A DNA stretch of 64,000 nucleotides from Laetmonice hystrix (lineage: Eukaryota), in assembly GCA_965235115.1 (NCBI GenBank), contig OZ249438.1, positions 22,196,001 through 22,260,000 on the forward strand, in the 5' to 3' direction. A program made the translations under genes and the position numbers. Below, one piece after another: positions 28,298 through 41,935 of this stretch. A model generated the notes under the pieces. It ran no database searches and was not told the origin of the DNA. It was given only the letters and a program-made list of their open reading frames with translations. Position 1 is the stretch's first letter; each line of letters starts with the position of its first letter.

Positions 28298-28562
28298 CTG
28301 TTCGCAGTCCGTGGCTGTTCGCCGTGCAGTCAGTGGCTGTCCGCAGTGCAGTCAGTGGCGGTCCGCAGTGCAGTCCGTGGCTGTTCGCAGTGCAGTCAGT
28401 GGCGGTCCGCAGTGCAGTCAGTGGCGGTCCGCAGTGCAGTCAGTGGCGGTCCGCAGTGCAGTCAGTGGCGGTCCGCAGTGCAGTCAGTCGCTGTTCGCAG
28501 TGCAGTCAGTCGCTGTTCGCAGTGCAGTCAGTGGCGGTCCACGGGTGCAGTCAGTGGCTGTC
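28298..28562. repeat. Minisatellite, 22-bp unit GCAGTGCAGTCAGTGGCGGTCC, about 12 copies
   Basis: Direct periodicity; the edges are more degenerate. Confidence 0.95.
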
Positions 28563-30019
28563 TACAGAGTCATGTTGTTGAGGCCGAGCCAAGGTGGCCA
28601 TGGACAGTTTTATTTGACCTCCAGGCTGTAATTGGTGTAGATAACAAGCGCAAATATTTATCAGATGATGTTTTATACATGTCATTTAATGACAGGAGGA
28701 TGTACGTGTAATGACAAGCAAACAATTTTTTTATACTGGTATACACAAAGAAACGCTGACCTCTTACTATAAGATGTCCGTCTTCAGAACGTCTTGCTGT
28801 GTCGTCTGCTTCAGACCTACAATCGGCAAGGTCATGGAGATTTTGGCACATAAACAATGAGTGGTCTGTGTGCATGGAAGAGGTAAACATCAGCAATTAA
28901 TGCGCTACTGCCCTAACTGATCGTAGACGATGACGGCCAACTTTGGCCTCTAGCCAGGGGATTATCGGGGTGGTTGGCACGTCACCGGCCCTGCATGGGC
29001 AGGGACCTATGTGGCTGTCATGCAATTGCCGAGGGTCCTATAGCCATTACAGAGGTCTGATACCGTGGCGTGGGTCAACTCACTTCTGATATATGAACAA
29101 TTAACGCTCAGACTGGTAGGGAGAAAAAAACGGGGAAATGACATGACAGAGGTTACTGACATGTTAACGGTGGTCGACCTTGTTTGTTTCAGGGCCATTA
29201 AGATACAGCAAGATGGTAGATGTGATGGCATATTTTCTGAAGGGCAACACCCACGGCACATTTGGTACAGCCATCTGTATTATAGACAGCAGACCAACAA
29301 CTTTGTTGTGACATGGTGTACAAACGGTTTGTTAGGTTGGGGGAGGGAGAATATTTACTTTTTTTGCTCCCTAGAAGAAACACGGCTCGTTATTATAGGA
29401 GGAGATTCACGATAGATTTGTTTCCACCCCAGAATATATGTACAAGAAATCACAAAGAGCAGGTAATCATTAGCATTATTCTTTAGGGTTAAGTGCCAAC
29501 AACATTTTCAATAAATTTGTTTGATGCTACTTATATCAACAGCGCCAGTTGGTTTTGAACTTAGCCAAATATAAAAAGGAGTAGCACGCATATCTGTATT
29601 TTTGGTTGAAATTGTCACGAAAGGAAAAATGTATTCCCTGTTATTAAAAGAAAGGAATTCTTGCAGGACTGGAAGGCTGGGCACATCAATGGTATCTCAG
29701 GTAACAGACACAAGACAAACTAAACCATGTGGCTCGGTGAGACACGATATTGCACCATAAAAAGGAGGTAATTTCTTATGGCTGGAAACTCTTCCTTCTT
29801 TCGTAAAACTTTCCTTGAAACAGCTGTTTTATTCAAATCTCTCAATATTTTCCTTTACGCCATTCGTACATAAGAGCATCAACGAACGCACTGTGCAGAA
29901 TATTATGGATGATATAGTCGTATCTCTAGGTGCGAATGATTATGCCCTATCTCTGAGTTCATACATAGGCCTATATATTTGTATATAAGGTGCACTCACA
30001 CTGACAAACATTCATACCA

Positions 30020-31302
30020 GAGACAAGAAGTGACCAACACATGTCCACCTCAACCTTCGCGATATATTCCTAATGTCCCCACCATTCACACAGACAGGCG
30101 GTGACCAACACATGCCCACCAACCTCAACCTTCGCGATATATTCCCAATGTCCCCACCATTCACACAGACAGGCAGTGACCAACACATGCCCACCAACCT
30201 CAACCTTCGCGATATATTCTCAATGTCCCCACCATTCACACAGACAGGCGGTGACCAACACATGCCCACCAACCTCAACCTTCGCGATATATTCCCAATG
30301 TCCCAACCATTCACACAGACAGGCAGTGACCAACACATCCTCACCAACCTCAACCTTCGCGATATATTCCTAATGTCCCCACCATTCACACAGACAGGCA
30401 GTGACCAACACATGCCCACCAACCTCAACCTTTGCGATATATTCCCAATGTCTCCACCATTCACACAGACAGGCAGTGACCAACACATGCCCACCAACCT
30501 CAACCTTTGCGATATATTCCCAATGTCTCCACCATTCACACAGACAGGCAGTGACCAACACATGCCCACCAACCTCAACCTTCGCGATATATTCCTAATG
30601 TCCCCACCATTCACATAGACAGGCAGTGACCAACACATGCCCACCAACCTCAACCTTCGCGATATATTCTCAATGTCCCCACCATTCACACAGACAGGCA
30701 GTGACCAACACATGCCCACCAACCTCAACCTTCGCGATATATTCCTAATGTCCCCACCATTCACACAGATAGGCAGTGACCAACACATGCCCACCAACCT
30801 CAACCTTCGCGATATATTCCCAATATCCCCACCATTCACACAGACAGGCAGTGACCAACACATGCCCACCAACCTCAACCTTCGCGATATATTCCCAATG
30901 TCTCCACCATTCACACAGACAGGCAGTGACCAACACATGCCCACCAACCTCAACCTTCGCGATATATTCCCAATGTCTCCACCATTCACACAGACAGGCA
31001 GTGACCAACACATGCCCACCAACCTCAACCTTCACGATATATTCCCAATGTCCCCACCATTCACACAGACAGGCAGTGACCAACACATGCCCACCAACCT
31101 CAACCTTCGCGATATATTCCCAATGTCCCCACCATTCACACAGACAGGCAGTGACCAACACATGCCCACCAACCTCAACCTTCGCGATATATTCCCAATG
31201 TCCCCATCATTGACACAGACAGGCAGTGACCAACACATGTCCACCAACCTCAACCTTCGCGATATATTCCCAATGTCTCCACCATTCACACAGACAGGCA
31301 GT
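30020..31302. repeat. Minisatellite, 75-bp unit, about 17 copies
   Basis: Unit CAGACAGGCAGTGACCAACACATGCCCACCAACCTCAACCTTCGCGATATATTCCCAATGTCCCCACCATTCACA; gives the 25-aa repeat ORFs on both strands. Confidence 0.98.
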
Positions 31303-32107
31303 GTTATACGTCATCATGCACACTCTCTGCAGGTTCTCCACCATATTACACCCGAACAACATCTTTATTACTGACCACGTCAAGCCGTCGTGGTGTTATA
31401 ACTACAACGAATAAGAAGTGCCGTTACGCATTAGGCTCGGGCATGCGAACGACTCATTTCGGCTCGAGATCCAATTACGTGTCTTATTTCGGAGGTCCGA
31501 TCGTGTATGTCGGCAGGTTGTTGACGTAATTGGACGAACGCGTTGTATACAAGTGGGGGACGTCGGCGCAGGACATACGGTGAGTCCAGCGGTCACTGTC
31601 TCCACGCCGGCCGCACGTCCTCCCCGGCCGAAACCCCCCCCCCCCCCCGCCCGGCACAATTAACACCCATGTGTCTCGGTTACGTTTGTCATGTTTGTCC
31701 TCACATAATGGGAACGAGTGTGTCGCCCGTCAGGGATCACGCCTAGCCAATCAGGCGTCGCGTAATATGCCATCTGGCTGTAAAGCAGAGGTCAGGCGTT
31801 GGCTGATCAGGACGGCACGATAGCCTGTTAATTGAACGTGATAACGATGACCATATATGGCGCAGGGAAATCTATGGATTCTCTGTACGAGAGCTGCCTT
31901 CTTGGAAGAGGTTACGGCGCTCAGGACCGAGCGGAAATTTGTGTGATATCTTGTTAAGAAGATATGAAGGGATTAGTGCGGTCAACACCCGTAATGGCAG
32001 GCCTGTCTAATCTCTCACAGTCGCTCGGACCATGCTGACAGCTTTATTAGATTAATGGCAGTAGAGCCAAGGTGCGATGGGCGAATGATCAACTTTATGT
32101 ACGATGT

Positions 32108-32363
32108 TAATTGCCGTCAATATGCCCGCCTGGTGATTGGAATTGTACAAATTTGCTTCGCCAGATTACACCATTACCAATGCCTGGCGTGGTGAACAGA
32201 GGGTTAATTGTAGCCCGTGCATAAAAACAATAGCGATTAGCACGTGTAGAGTGGAGATAATTGGTGGAGATCACAACGCCGTGTTTGGCTCGTTGTATGA
32301 GGCAGGTTTTAATTGATACCTATATTGTGCACGAGTGGTGGCCATTGCTATAGTTGGTAATTA
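32108..32363 (+). promoter_or_regulatory. Homeodomain (TAATTG) site cluster with Sox-type sites, candidate enhancer
   Basis: TAATTG at 32108, 32205, 32258, 32310 and TAATTA at 32358; AACAAT near 32226 and ATTGT sites lie between them. Motif evidence only. Confidence 0.4.
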
Positions 32364-32583
32364 ACGACGTAAGGCATGAACTCTGTCCTCGTCAACTCTC
32401 GTAATGTCGGTGAACATGCACTGCGGGCCGGCGTATTAATGGCGGGCGTCACACCGACACCGGGCAGGCAGGCGGGCAGGCAGGAAGGATGGCTGGCAGC
32501 CGTGGCTGGCAGCCGCTCCCACGTGCCGCCCGGACGGCCGGACGACCAGCACCATCGGTCAGACCTATCTCAGCAAGCAAACG

Positions 32584-33151
32584 CTCACTGTACCAGAGCC
32601 GGTGTCCAGTCACCATGCACCACGACCAGTCGTGCCAGTGGTCTCAGCCAGAGTCTCACTGTACCAGAGCCGGTGTCCAGTCACCATGCACCACGACCAG
32701 TCGTGCCAGTGGTCTCAGCCAGAGTCTCACTGTACCAGAGCCGGTGTCCAGCCACCATGCACCACGACCAGTGGTGCCAGTGGTCTCAGCCAGAGTCTCA
32801 CTGTACCAGAGCCGGTGTCCAGTCACCATGCACCACGACCAGTGGTGCCAGTGGTCTCAGCCAGAGTTTCACTGTACCAGAGCCGGTGTCCAGTCACCAT
32901 GCACCACGGCCAGTGGTGCCAGTGGTCTCAGCCAGAGTCTCACTGTACCAGAGCCGGTGTCCAGTCACCATGCACCACGACCAGTGGTGCCAGTGGTCTC
33001 AGCCAGAGTCTCACTGTACCAGAGCCGGTGTCCAGCCACCATGCACCACGACCAGTGGTGCCAGTGGTCTCAGCCAGAGTCTCACTGTACCAGAGCCGGT
33101 GTCCAGCCACCATGCACCACGGCCAGTGGTGCCAGTGGTCTCAGCCAGAGT
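32584..33151. repeat. Minisatellite, 71-bp unit, 8 copies
   Basis: Unit CTCACTGTACCAGAGCCGGTGTCCAGTCACCATGCACCACGACCAGTGGTGCCAGTGGTCTCAGCCAGAGT; 568 bp = 8 x 71. Confidence 0.98.
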
Positions 33152-33538
33152 CACCATGGGTGACCGGGATCCAGCAATCTCCAATCACACAGAGCAGTAG
33201 GATCGGGCGGTCGGCACACACAACAGATTCTTTTTATAAACAGAGAGGGATGCAAAGGGAAAAGATGGGAATGGGTGGGGTGTCTTTTTTGACAAAAAAC
33301 CTCTCCATCTTAGTTATTAAAAGAGACGGTATAGGTTCTGTTTTAAGATGCCAATTCAGATGTTCCGCAGGAGTTCCAATTTGCTACGCACTGGCATTTG
33401 ACATTCCCTTTGGTGCGTGACCAACCAAGAATGGCGCAACTACTACCGCCGACCGAGTCAGACCTAGTAGTAGACCCGGCTGACTAGACAAACCTTTTGG
33501 TCGCCCTTGCTAACCGAACGGGGGCGGAGAACAGCAGG

Positions 33539-33540
<2 letters not shown>

Positions 33541-33615
<75 letters not shown>
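33541..33615. repeat. (CAG)25 trinucleotide repeat
   Basis: 25 perfect CAG units. Confidence 0.98.
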
Positions 33616-33616
<1 letters not shown>

Positions 33617-35462
33617 TGTGACATCACTTGGACTAGCGTCATCACCGTTGCCGACACTGACGATATCTTCACTTCAATCGCTTCAACAAACCTGACCGGC
33701 TGAAACCGAACCTCCATCGTTGTCCACAACCTGTTAGTATAGCTGGCACCCACTGCCCATGCAATACATTGCTCGACCCAGCCGTGCAACCTTTCTTCAC
33801 ACAGTGTCAGCGTCGATTCGGATCGACCTGTGTGCAAAAGCAAAGTCACTAATAGGGTGTTTTCAGCATCTACGTAAGAGAGGATTTGTTCCTGCATCTG
33901 ATGGGAGAACGTACGTTCTTGTTTTTTACCCCTATCGTCAATACAAATTAGACAAGGCATTTCCCTTCCTTGATGCACTTCGCAGCACACTGACAGAACT
34001 CTCATTCCATGCACAGGAATGACCCCTGCTGCATCTATCTCCTTGCCAGCCACAGGTCAGCTGAGAACCTCAGCGGTTATTCTAACACTCTCAAGGATCC
34101 CCAAAGCGGCCCCTGAGCTCACCATTAGCGGTGTCTATTTCGTCATGCGCTCTGACGATGTTATGGACTAGCACGGATCAGTCGATCGCACAGGCTTGCT
34201 CTGATTAACAGGCTTCGGACGAAAACGTCTATAAACGCAGATCGTCGTACACTTTCTCACTGTCTTCACTTCCCCCACCCATCGCTACTGGCGAAAGGAA
34301 GGAAGACCAGCTCAATTATCGGTGCCAGTGGTCCCTGGGGCAACCCTGGGAATTAGAGAGGCGATAGGGAGGGGGACAGCGGTCTCTCCTGACCCTGGAT
34401 GGCCAATGCTCGCCAGCCAAGCGCGCGTGCGTGCGTGCGCGTGCAGCTGCCTCCACTCCGCGCTGCACCGACCATCTAGAGGGGTTTTTTTCAGTGTGCA
34501 ATCAGTTTTTTTTTCTGGTGGTCCTTTTTTTTGTGCATGCCAATTTGTATCCCCTGGGTGCACCAGGGAGTGGGGAAAGGAAGTCAAAGGGACGCCGGCG
34601 ATTACTTATTTCACTTCAGGAAGTCCGAGCTGAAGGTAGCAGCCGATATTTATCGTCTGCCTTAATATTGAGACGAGTTCCCAGCCCCTGACCACATGCT
34701 CTTCTTTAGTTCCCAGCCCGCCGGCACTGCGGCGCTGCATACCCGACAGCGCTAAATGAGACCGCATTAAAATGCAGACTAGGATTTCTCGTTAAGATAT
34801 AATGGAATGCGTGGCTGGGAATGGACACTGCTAAATCAACACCGCTGAACACAATCACGCAGTTCTTGAATGTGCAATATGAACGGAAAATGCAGATGAC
34901 CTCGGCTGTCCTATCGCTGCGGCGTCGGGTGCAAAATCATAGCAAGCTCCCGGGACAAAAGTGGGTCATTATAGATTAGAGATCCACATTAAAGATGTAA
35001 ATATCATATCCGTGTGCGAAATCAAGAAATCGATGCGCATAAAACTCAGCCTTAAACCGTTAATTGCATCTAAATGTGCATTCCATCAGTGCACAGTCAA
35101 TAATATCAAAATCAGATAGCATTCCGTATAACGTTATGAAAATATGGTAATTAGGTGGTAGAATGTACCGCACCACAGACGAGTCAAGGTGCCATATCTT
35201 TCTCATCAGTTCTAGCTTCTTTCCCAATATTTTACATACCACATTATATATTATATATTGTATAATATTATCATTGTTTTTCAGGTAAAGGATTATTGTA
35301 TACCTCTAAATAATGTATGTATATGTAATGCATACATGTTTTCGTTTGTATACATTAAACGTATGTCTATGCATATGTAGCTATATATAGATATATTGAC
35401 ATATATATAGATGTATGTATAGATGTATGTCCCTTGTATGTATGTTGAGGGATAGAATGAGG

Positions 35463-35574
35463 GATGCACTAACACACTACCTTGCACTCACTTATATTAT
35501 TCATGCATCCGGGCGTACAAAAGTGCAACAAAGTGCGGAATTCCTTGTAATGCTAGGCTCAACTCTAGACAAGT
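35463..35574 (+). repeat. Dispersed repeat copy A (homologous to 49014-49122)
   Basis: Collinear blocks GATGCAyTAACA, TTGCACTC, AAAAGTGCAA, GAATTCCTTG, CAACTCTrGAC and AAGT are shared with 49014-49122. Internal inverted repeat TTGCACT...AGTGCAA. Confidence 0.7.
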
Positions 35575-38500
35575 ACATAAAACAGGCGTCCTGTCAAACA
35601 TACATTATCGGGTCCTCTGATTTCAACCAGCACGGCGCCCGTTCGATACGCACTGGCCTGCCCTGGATCGACGCGGGGACATGACACAGATATCCCATGA
35701 CGTCACAGAACGCTTCACTCTACGAGACAATTACAAACGCCATGCTAATTCTTTATCAAGTACACCGCCCCCCCCCCCCCACCATCAACACCCACAATGG
35801 GGTAACAAAGTGCATTGCCATCACCATGTAACGCGTTCATTCAGGACTACACCTGAACTCCGAGGACCGTGAGCCGTACGGCCGTGGCCCAGGTACGGAT
35901 TGGTAGGCCCCACCCCCACCCCGCCTCACCTCGCCTCGCCTCGCCTCGCCTCTCCAGGCGCTGCACTCGCTGGGATCACACCAACCCGACACACTGACGA
36001 GGCTTGCCTGATCGGATGCACTCCAGTCTGCATAAAATGCGCAGCGCGTGCAAAGAACCAGACGGCATCATGTCTGGGGGAGAAAAAAGGCGGCAACACA
36101 CGGGGAAAATAATTGAAAACGGGACAGTGAAAGAAAATACGAGGTTAAAATAATTTGCCGAATGGAATGGGTTGTTGATTTGGCATTCGCTGGTAGATGG
36201 CGCCACAGGAGGAGGCCGCGCTGGGTGGCGCCTGTTTTGGAATGTAACTTTCATTGATGGCATCTGATCATCTCTCCCGAGTGGTTGAGAGACCATTCCA
36301 AAAAAATGGGGGTTGTCCTTAAAAAATAGATTTAAGGTTATTCTGATGCGGAAATAATGCTCTGAAGCCGAAATTTAGTAAGAATGGAGATCTAACATAC
36401 ATGTCGATATATAATTTATATAAATCTCACCATGCCGGTGGCCTCTGGTTCAACTAAACATGTTTATAATATATAAATGAGATATAGAGTTGTGTGGTTG
36501 TCGGGTTGGCATGCGTACATTGGTGACCGCATGGGTGTGAATAGGGGTGACAAAGTGATGTTTAACCGTGTGACGTCAATTATTGTATTGGGGACGACAG
36601 TATTCCGTACAAATGAACTATTTTCATGTTTTTGTGTAGAATGATTTCATCCCCATTACATAATTTATGCAGTTCCCTTCACCTGCTTATAGAAAATATG
36701 TTCATCGCAAACGTATACCTATTCAAATAAACACACGTTTGTTTTTATACAGTTTCCCCCCAAAATAAAGTTTGAGCAAAATATCCACAAAATGTATCCG
36801 TACAAGTGTCTACAATATATCCCCCCCCCCCCGCCACACAGGGCAATAAATTCTATTGAGGCTCGGATAAATTCCCTTCAAATTTACTGGCCACCCCAAC
36901 CCAATGTCCCACCCCCCTAAAACTGCCTCTGGATGATATTAAGTTTGCATAGAATGGATTATTATTTCGTCACAAAGTCCATGTACACTGTGAACTCGTA
37001 TATTGTCCCATTGTGATTGCATCCATGCAGTGTGATAGGTTTGCTATCCCAGGTCGGGTCCAGTTACTATCAAGTATTATGGAATGGGTGGAGACTGGTG
37101 TCCGCTAACAAAAAATGTGACGACACAATATACAATAACTGTCTCCAAGTAGCACCAGGAAGCGGTTTCTTTATGTAAATCTGTACACAAGGAGCCCCTA
37201 TGACGCACAAGATGAAGAAAGTATGCCGAAGACGATGTGCGGCAGTTGATACATCATCTTGATGTGGCATCGATGACAGCTCAAAGGTAACGTTGTCGGT
37301 CACATGGCAGAGCTGACCCCGAGACATTTCACCGACGTCGACATTGTCGTGTGGGGGTGGGGTTCGGGGAGGGTTGGGGTGGGGGGGGGGGTGGGTGGCG
37401 GGCAGGCCACCTGCAATGTGTGAGCCTTGGCCTGCAGTAACTTAGCTCTATAAGGAACCGAGTCATCTATGCCCGAAAAACGTTCAACAGGCGACGTGAC
37501 GTCGACCCGCTCACGCCGCTCTTGACGTGGTCACACACGTAACTTCCTTACGTCACCTGCACTGTCTCTATTTATAGCCAGGTGGGCCGGTCAGTTCCGA
37601 TCTGTGGGCTGATATACTGTCGTAATGAACATCCCTATACATGTCCATATAGTTATAGGACAAGTCGTGTCTATATATAGGCCTATACCATGCGGGGAGC
37701 CGTATGTACGTCACCGCAGCCCTGCCCCCCTTTGACCCCCCTGGCCCCGCGTATTACCACAGTCAGGAAAGATAAATCATCTGCCTAGATAACGCAATGA
37801 TAAATTTACTAAGATTTCCATTAGGACGGCTTTTAAACCCATTATGGCTTCTTAAGCAATTTAAAATCGCCCGGCATGGTAGAGCCAAGGCCATTGTTAC
37901 ATCAAACGATGCCCTTTCGCACAAAGGCGACACTCCGGCAATATCTAAAGTACTCCCTTCATCACATAGATGTAGTAGGTCACAATGTAAAGAGGCGAGA
38001 ATTATTCGTTGAAAATACGAATACAATTTCAATTCCTAAGGGGTTTTCTTCATGGACGCAGGCTGAAGTATATTGCCTACCAATTTCGATATTGAATGAA
38101 TTCATTTGAGCCTCGGGTCTCTCACACGGACCATACACATTTGTGTTGTCAAGTTAATTGTCACGATTATCCAGCTATATGGTATGGGCAGATTGACTTC
38201 TCTCGCAGTTGAGTTCACGTCTAAAGGCAGGGCCGCCAGCGCGTCCGCGCGCCGGTGTCTTGGAGCAGACGACGTTTTCACTGATAATGGATCCCATACA
38301 AAAGGCTCTTCCCATGGGTTAATCCTGGACACACAAGGTTGCCCGTCGTTCCACTACCCCCTACATATTCAAACGCACAGCCTCACTGATTTTTCGAGCC
38401 CATTTACCGCGGAAACTGTATGAAAGACCTTTAGTGTTGAAATTTGAAGGCTGGCACTCTTCTGTAATATGGCGATGCGCACGAGGTTGGCCTGAGCAAA

Positions 38501-40841
38501 ATTAATAGGTGAACGGCTTACATAGACTTTTTGTAGATGTCGCCATGAAAGGGCGCCTGGGCGGTAAATAAGGTCGCTGGTGCTACAATAAGGCGGGCAT
38601 GTTTTGCTGGCAATGCTAAAAGGCGACGGTTCGCTCTCCAGCCGAGGTTGCCCTATTCCGAGTAATCTCGTAGGCGCGCACAATTAGCGACAAAAACGCC
38701 CAACATAATTTGCCACCGTCCCGCTGCACACGAAAGGGACTTAACAAGTTGCGCAAAGCGGAGACCTGTGTCGCTAATATAAACGGTAATTCCTCCCGTG
38801 ATCAGGGGGAAAGTCTCTGTGCAAGGGCAGAATATTGAATGAACTACTATGGATCTCGAAAAAGGAGGGAGGGGGGTAACATTACACAGTGTGTGGAGTG
38901 TTGCAATCGGAATGTCTTATTGTCTGTTGCACAGATCAGAAAGACATGTGGAAATGTACCAGGGTGAGAGTGGATCATGCCTCCCGGGCATATGTTTTTC
39001 AAAAATGAGCCGCATTCGTCCAGCTCTGATGTCGACCCGTGTGTCTCAGGGGTATCAACACAAAAGGCATTGAAGACGATAAAGGTTTGAAAAATTGATC
39101 GAGATTCTGCGCTCTTTTATGCTTTTCACAGGAAGTATAATGTACAACAAAGCAGTTCGGTAATACCATCGGCAGGCGTTGTTCCTTCGACAAAAGAGGG
39201 ATGTCTTTGAGCGGAGTCCGAGTGTTGGGGGTGGCGGCACACCGACACCGCAGATATATGGGGGGGGGGGGTTAACGTCAGATTATTATGGAGTGGCAGC
39301 ACATGTAGGCACCTGATGTCATCTGTGACTTGGGTAGAGGTTGGTGGGGGATGGGTGTGGTGGCCAGGCCCGTGAACAGCCCCCACACCCACCTTACCCA
39401 GCACCCCGCCGGCGACCTGTTCATTGTGATAAGTTAACGTCGACTAAATGCATCTCAGTGACTGGCTAATGCTGTAATGTATGCATGCGTGTGTAAGGCA
39501 TGGTCTGACCCTGCATATAGTGCCAAAACTAGATACCAGAATGATCATCCACTCATTGCTTACACACGCAGCTTGATATAATGACCCACAGGCCTCCATA
39601 AATGCAGGGCCGGCCACTATTTTAGAGATGTCAAAGATGATGTTGCTAAAACAGTCTGAGCTAATTTGCACGCATGCGTCAAGTCCTGAAACAGAAAGGG
39701 TTCAGGCTAACAATGCTGCTGTCTGTAATATTGCATCCTCTTGACATGATATGGCAATATACATAATTACAAAGTCTTCACTGCATTATTTACGTATAAT
39801 GTGCGCGTCCGATACATGCTCGTTACAAGCGTAATGACGAAGCTGTTATGAATACAAACTTATCAAAAAAATTCTTCGCCTGAGCCTCATGAAAAATGAA
39901 GAGCAATTGACCTGCTGTTAATATCACATGAACGATCATTCCAACTGTTGAAACGCTAAGGGCGTTTCGCCTGTAATTCGAATACTAATTTGAATATTTT
40001 CCCAATTAAACAACTATTTAAATATTGGGCTAATAAATTGAAGTGAATTCTCGATGCCGGTGTAAAAATATGCCAGTTTGTGCACCTGGAAAAAAAATAC
40101 TGGGCCGAGTCCTAATCATGGGAAGTGTCTTCTCGTGTTATACTTAGCCACGTGTTCTTTGGTGACCTGCTGTGGTCCATGTTGGCAAGTTGGCTTGATC
40201 AGCTAAAACCCTGCAGGAGATAGGGGACCACGGTGTCTGACAAAACAGGCCACTCAGGACCTGGCCGCCCCGTACAGCCAGCGGGGGATAGCGGCCAGTC
40301 GGGGCTGCGGTCACGAGCAGGGCTGGTCGGCGCCGTCACCGATCACAGCCGGCCAGAGAGCCCGGTGACCGGTGCCACTCGGCTCGCCGCCGCCGGGCGG
40401 GGTCAGGCGGCCCTAACGAAGGCCGCTCGGACTCAGACCGACCCCGACCACAACACGCCCGGCCAGGCTGAGCCTGTCGGAAAAACTCGCCGTTAGAAGT
40501 AGACGGAACTAAGCCACTCAGTGCCCCCATTAACAACCTCTGGCCGGTTTTTATGTGCCGGCCTGCCTCGGCGAAGGTGATCCGGACGAAAAAGGCGGAC
40601 ATCAAACAGATACCGCCGAGGAAAGTCAGTGAAAAAATGTTCCATAGATAGCGATACAGCTGGGAGTATTTTCAGACTTCTCTCGGCACTTTCGTAATTC
40701 GCTGCAATCTGCGCAATGCACCGACATAAGAATCTGCTACACGGGTTGTTTGATGTGTCGTTTGTAATTTTACAGCCAACGAAACGATTAGATGATGTAT
40801 CAAATTCATTGATGGTCACGTATATATGCACGTTCAAAGAA

Positions 40842-41063
40842 TACTCTATACACAGACATCAATGCATACAGACTCGTTTGTACTTTGTACAATACTCTAT
40901 ACACAGACATCTGTATCAATGCATACAGACTCGTTTGTACTTTGTACAATACTCTATACACAGACATCTGTATCAATGCATACAGACTCGTTTGTACTTT
41001 GTACAATACTCTATACACAGACATCTGTATCAATGCATACAGACTCGTTTGTACTTTGTACAA
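40842..41063. repeat. Minisatellite, 57-bp unit, about 4 copies
   Basis: Unit TACTCTATACACAGACATCTGTATCAATGCATACAGACTCGTTTGTACTTTGTACAA. Confidence 0.95.
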
Positions 41064-41921
41064 TTTGTACAAGTTCTCAATATAATAAAAACAAATATAC
41101 CTATACCTATATTATTCTTCAAAGGACTGCCCGCCTATTTTTAGTTTCCTTACAAACCTCTTGTCTCACTTTACTTGCATTATTTAAAAAGGTGTGTATA
41201 AGTCTATTGTTAGAATAACAGTAAGTCATCTTGCAATGATTGCCAGACCTTACTTGACATTACTTGAAATGTTTTCTATACTTTCCTTAATCTTCTTCAT
41301 CACTACCATGTTCATACCTTTGTCACGAACTGCGCCCGGGGCTCTGAGAATTGACTCCCCCCTCCCGCGTCATGAGAACCTAGGGGGGGGGGGCACTATA
41401 CCTGAAGACGGCAGTCACCACCATGGGATCCTAGGAAATATTGTTGGAGGAGGGGGGTCAGGAACCATGACAGTTAGTTAATTATTAGTTTATTGACCAG
41501 ATAAACATTTACACATTTCGGCCAGAGCAAGACGAACCCCCCCCCCCCTGTACATTGCACATACATGTATAGGTGGGCGGGTGCTCTGAATGACAGTAAG
41601 TCATCTTACAGTTTGCAGTTTGACAACTCGTTGCTCGTACTAAGATGGCTCTCAGTGAGCTGTCCTCGGATCTTGAGCAGGAGATGAGGTCTGTAGAGGA
41701 GGACAACGCCACCTACCGGACTGGACCACAACATAAGGACCGTCTGAATCAACTCATATAGTCAACAAGGCCATGTTATCAATGTTAACATATACCATAG
41801 AGTAATGGGGCCCAGAATGAACTCTTCGACATACGTTTGGTCCTCGTATCAGGAATAGGACAGCGGTTGGATCCGGCATGTGGTCCGGGTGTCATGCACG
41901 TACCGAGGTATGGTATCCGGG

Positions 41922-41935
41922 AGGTCAGGAGGTCA
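41922..41935 (+). promoter_or_regulatory. Perfect nuclear-receptor DR2 element AGGTCA-GG-AGGTCA
   Basis: Two exact AGGTCA half-sites with a 2-bp spacer, followed by ATGTCA. Motif evidence only. Confidence 0.35.

Noticed and set aside
29667-29700. Possible 34-nt exon (ttcttgcag|...CTCAG|gtaaca)
   Set aside because: Splice signals are plausible, but there are no partner exons or protein homology; needs RNA-seq.
33484-34053. 189-aa minus-strand ORF with poly-Leu, and poly-Ser/Ala/Gln plus-strand frames
   Set aside because: Driven by (CAG)25. The Gln frame stops right after the repeat and the rest has no recognisable domain.
38683-38778. 10-bp inverted repeat ATTAGCGACA...TGTCGCTAAT as a MITE
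   Set aside because: Several such pairs are expected by chance in 64 kb, and there is no TSD.
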